From the human T2T-CHM13v2.0 reference genome, Homo sapiens, in NCBI RefSeq assembly GCF_009914755.1, contig NC_060939.1: 64,000 nucleotides of DNA. One strand, written 5' to 3'. Positions 56,445-64,000 of the stretch are shown one piece after another. Positions within the stretch are counted from its first letter, which is position 1, and each line of letters opens with the position of its first letter. The position numbers and the translations under genes are program-made. A model generated the notes under the pieces. It was not told where the DNA came from. It searched no databases and saw only the letters and a program-made list of their open reading frames with translations.

Positions 56445-57184
56445 ACAGTGAAGTATTTCTATGACTCATTCCTCCATCTACCCAGTTCCCACTCCCAACA
56501 GGTATTCATGATTATTAGCTTCTTATTTATTAGAAAAGTTTAAATGAATATGCTAGCTGACACATATCCGAATCATTTTCCCCCATTCTCTAAATAAACA
56601 TAGCATCCTATGGCTACTGTTTTGCAGTTCGCCTTTTTTTTTTTAAGTATAAACGGGAATTAATTGGCTTATATGACTGCAAAGTCCAGGACGTGGCTGC
56701 CAGTACAGCAGGATCCAGGGCCTCAGACAATTAATTCCACCAAAACCCAGCTTCTCTCCTTCTCTTGCCTGCACTCTCCTCTCCGGTGGCTGCATCCTCA
56801 GGCAGGCTCCCCTCCTAGTCCCACATCCAGGATGACACCTTAACAGTTTGGGAACTCCAACAGAAAGGGCACACCTATTACCACATTCCCGGTAGATTCT
56901 AGCCAAAGTCCTGTGGAGGGCTCTCATTGGCCCAGCTGGAGTCATCAGGCCAAGCCAGTAGGATATACTGATTGGCCAGGCTGACGTGGCAGGGCCACCC
57001 CTGGTGTTCCAGGCTTGAGAAGTCAGTCCCACATTGGCATGAGTTTCCTGGCTGAATTGAGAAAAGTGGCTCTCCAAAGCCGTGTCAGGCTGCTGTAAGT
57101 GGATGATTTTCCCCAGGCAAAGATTACAGATGTCTACTGCAAAAGGCAGTGTTTTTGATGTCTTTTTTTTTGGCTCTTTCATGC

Positions 57185-57710
57185 CAGGAAGCTGCTATTA
57201 TGCCAAACGCATCTGTGGCTCAGGCCATACAGGACCAAACGAAAAGCCAAAGTTGTTTACATCTTTCCTATGATCTTGTTTTTGTGGGCGCCCAAAAAAT
57301 TATATTACAAACCCTCCAACTAGTCCCAAGTCCATACCTCTAACTACCCCCTTTTTCTAACACAAAGCCAATATTTCCCCTGCCCTAAATTAACCCAAGG
57401 CTAGGTACTACAGAACCCCTAGAGATACCGCTAATCTCCAAAACCCACCAGAATTATTCAGACCACCCAGTCCCAAACTTTCCCTGCACTGCCTTGCCTT
57501 CCCTGCTGAAACGCTAATAAAGGTTCTCGTTTAAGCTTTCCCTTCACTCCCTTCTGCCTCCTGACCAAACCTGGTGCTTCTTCTCCATGTGGCCCTGCAT
57601 GGCGTGGTGTGTCCCTCCTCTCAGGAAATGTGGATAAATTATTCCTTCAAAGCCACTAGTCTCTCTGTCATCAGTCAGTCGCTTCTATAAATTAAAATCC
57701 TACAGGTACA
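57185..57710 (+). mobile_element. Probable solo LTR (ERVL class, MER54/MER74-like)
   Basis: TG...CA ends, internal AATAAA (~57516), LTR-like composition; family assignment uncertain. Confidence 0.45.
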
Positions 57711-57770
57711 ACTGAGAGAGGGGCTGCTGCGACTGAGTTTTCAGTCCTGGAAAACCACACTTTTTTTTTC

Positions 57771-58070
57771 TGTCTCTGCAAGGCTTTGGCAGTCTCTCCT
57801 CTCCACCCCCTTATTAATGCTGGCCTCTGTTTCACAGGTACCTCTCTACACGAGCAGGTGCAAATTGTCACTGATGGGGGAAACATGAAACAAACTCAGA
57901 TGCCTCCAGGGACACGTGAGAAGCCACACTTGTTTCAGCCTATTGTTCTCTTGAGGGAATGTGGGCCCTGTGATGATGCTAGATCTTTCTTTTCTTTCTG
58001 TACCTTCCTCTCTTCTTCCCTCTCTCCTTCCTTCCCTCCTTCTCTCCTTCCCTCACACCCTCCCTCCCTT
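57771..58070 (-). repeat. Inverted paralogue of BLM upstream sequence 63015-63307
   Basis: Exact 27-bp block ctctacacgagcaggtgcaaattgtca (57844-57870) equals rc of 63208-63234; further blocks actcagatgcctcca, ggacacgtgagaa, tgtttcagcctattg, gggaatgtgggccctgtgatg are colinear. Confidence 0.93.
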
Positions 58071-58129
58071 TCTTCTTTCCTCTTTTTTAAGAAAAACTGA
58101 AAATCTATTTCTGTTTTGATTGGAGCTTT

Positions 58130-61868
<3,739 letters not shown>

Positions 61869-62539
61869 TCAGTAGAATGCAATTGATTACTAAGCTGTGG
61901 ATTTCATCAGTTCTGCCAGTTTTTGTATATATTTGTAGTTATTTCATTATTCCTCATTTGACTATGTGTGTGGTACTTTGAATTTTCCATTGAAGCAGTT
62001 GTAATCTTTCTGGATATCTCATTCATTAATGAGTTAAATAAAATCTCTAACATTTATTTTATATCTGTATTATATTTGATATTAAAATTATTCTTCAACA
62101 GTAGTATACAGTTATATGAATAAGCTGCAATTTATCTATTCATCTATTGGTGGACATCTGGGTTTTTTCCCTTTGGCTATTATGAATAAAGCTGCTATGA
62201 GTCTTTTGGTGAATAAAGGCATTCATTTTTTGGGGTAAATATCTAGAAATGGGATTTCTGGGGTATAGGGTAGGGGTAAATTTGATTTCAGTAGAGACTG
62301 ATGTTTCCAAAGTGGTTGTACCATTTTACACTCCCATCAACACTGTATGAGAGTCCCATTTCTGCATCTTTGCAACTAAGGGAATTGTCAGTCTTTTCAT
62401 TTCAGCTATTCTATGGAGTGTTTAATAGTATCATATTTTGGTTTCAATTTACCATAGAAGATTTTCAGGAGGGAGGTAACTTGAACAGATTTTTACATTT
62501 TAGAAAACTCTTTCTGCGTATTATGTGGAGAATGATTAT

Positions 62540-63005
62540 TTGTATACCAAAGTTCATAGCAGCATTATTCACAATAGCCAAAAGGTGGGAATAACCAAGC
62601 ATCCATTTATATGGATGAATGGATAAACAAAATGTAGTATACATGTATAATGGAATATTATTTAGCCTCAAGAAGGAAGAAATTCTGATACATGCTACAA
62701 CATAGATGCTCCTTGAAGACATTATGCTAAGTGAAATAAGCCAATCAGAAAAGAGCAATTATTGTATGATTCAATTTATATGCGGTACCTCGCACTTACA
62801 GACAGAAAGTGCAATATCGGCTATAAGGGGTTGTGAGAAACGGGTAACGGGGAGTTACTGTGTAACAGGCAGATTTTCTATTTGGGATAATGAAAAAGTT
62901 CTGGAGATGGATAGTGGTGATGGTTTCACAACAATGTGAATGTACTTAATGCCAGTGAACTGTACACTTAAAAATGGTGAATTTTATGTTAGATAGATTT
63001 TATCA
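62540..63005 (+). mobile_element. L1MB-like 3' end
   Basis: gttcatagcagcattattcacaatagccaaaaggtgg...aaagttctggagatggatagtggtgatgg...aatgtacttaatgcc..tgaactgtacacttaaaaatgg. Confidence 0.88.
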
Positions 63006-63279
63006 CACACACAAAGAGGAGGGAGGGCGGGAGGGAAGGAGAGAGGGAAGGAAGTAGAGAGGGGAGAAGAGAGGAAGAAAGGAAAGAAAGTAAGATCTGG
63101 CATCACAGGGCCCACATTCCCGCGTGTCAGCAATAGGCTGAAACAGAAGCATGGTTTCTCACGTGTCCATGGAGGCATCTGAGTGTGTGCCCACTTTCCC
63201 GGTTCAATGACAATTTGCACCTGCTCGTGTAGAGGGGTACGGGTGAAACAGAGACCAGTATTATTAAGGGGATGGAGAG

Positions 63280-64000
63280 GAGAGACCGCCAAAACATCGC
63301 AGAGACACACCGTCGGAGCCAAGAGAATGGGGTGCAGACGCCTGGCTTGGCCTGTGGGAACTGGCAAGTCTCAGCTCTCAAACGCCCGGGCTTTTCAACC
63401 CGCCACAGCCGGGTTCCAGCTGCCTACTTCCTTTAAAGCCTTCACCGACTCTAAAACACCAAAAACAAAGACCCAACTAGCTCCGGAAGCCCGAGATGTA
63501 ACCGTAGTCATCTGACCCTCCCGTCCGGACTCTGATTGGGCTTTGGAGATACGCGTCCCTCCCGGCGCTGTACGGCGACCCCGCCCCAGCAGCCTGAGGG
63601 GGCGGGAACAGATGTCCGAGTGCGACAGTATTGGTCGGCTTCCCCAGGAAGCAGCCAATCGGAATAGGCAAGCTTCCGGCGGGAAGTGAGCCAGGGCTTG
63701 GCGCGGCGGCCGTGGTTGCGGCGCGGGAAGTTTGGATCCTGGTTCCGTCCGCTAGGAGTCTGCGTGCGAGGTGAGTACCGCGCGCGTAACTACGGGTCGG
63801 TCCGCATTGATCTAGCCCTGCTCTGGCGGCCCGGCCCGGAGCTGGAGGCCGCTCGGGTTCTTCCGTTTCCTGCACTGGTTCGCCTCGGCCCGCTGAGTCC
63901 TCTAGTCTGGCCAACATCCTGGGAGGACAGCAGATACATAAATACGTTCCCAAATGGGGAAACAGAGGCCCGGGGCGGGGGCGAACTCTGCCAAGGTCTC
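63280..64000. promoter_or_regulatory. BLM: BLM CpG-island promoter (TATA-less, probably bidirectional)
   Basis: CpG-dense; CCAAT boxes (gattgg 63534, attgg 63630, gccaatc 63654); GC box ggggcggg (~63598); E2F-like ggcgggaa (63601, 63678); ETS ccggaag (63483) and cttccgg (63673). Confidence 0.92.
63700..63770 (+). other. BLM: BLM exon 1 (non-coding 5' UTR), followed by splice donor GTGAGT at 63771
   Basis: Recognised BLM 5' UTR gcgcggcggccgtggttgcggcgcgggaagtttggatcctggttccgtccgctaggagtctgcgtgcgag; from memory it continues GATTATGGCTGCTGTTCCTC in exon 2. Consensus donor GAG|GTGAGT. Exact TSS uncertain. Confidence 0.92.

Noticed and set aside
63477-63953. 158-aa minus-strand ORF over the BLM promoter and exon 1
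   Set aside because: GC-rich island artefact with no homology I can recognise; BLM coding sequence starts in exon 2, outside this window.

Overview
Human (primate) genomic DNA, very Alu-rich (roughly 70 Alu elements or fragments by eye, plus old L1, L2, MLT/ERVL LTR and MER relics). I find no protein-coding sequence; the ORF track is almost entirely Alu-, L1- or repeat-derived noise. The right end holds a CpG-island promoter and the non-coding first exon of BLM (Bloom syndrome RecQ helicase), recognised from the BLM 5' UTR (...GCTAGGAGTCTGCGTGCGAG|GTGAGT). This places the window at 15q26.1, in the interval between CRTC3 and BLM. From memory, lncRNAs CRTC3-AS1 and LINC01585 map to this interval, but I cannot derive their exons from sequence. 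A second, orphan CpG island lies at about 11.3-12.1 kb. The most interesting structure is local inverted duplication. (1) At 4.2-8.6 kb the arrangement is A-B ... rc(A)-rc(B), the pattern expected from a staggered-break inversion. The arms carry independent AluS insertions, yet one 479-bp core is ~98% identical, which implies later arm-to-arm conversion and a possibly invertible ~2.6-kb segment. (2) An inverted ~300-bp copy of BLM upstream-promoter sequence lies ~5 kb away. (3) A ~130-bp inverted copy at 24.4/24.9 kb. (4) A perfect 17-bp fold-back hairpin at 48.6 kb. A canonical 1-1-1-loop G-quadruplex motif sits ~0.7 kb upstream of BLM exon 1. Repeat subfamily names and boundaries are by-eye estimates, not RepeatMasker output.
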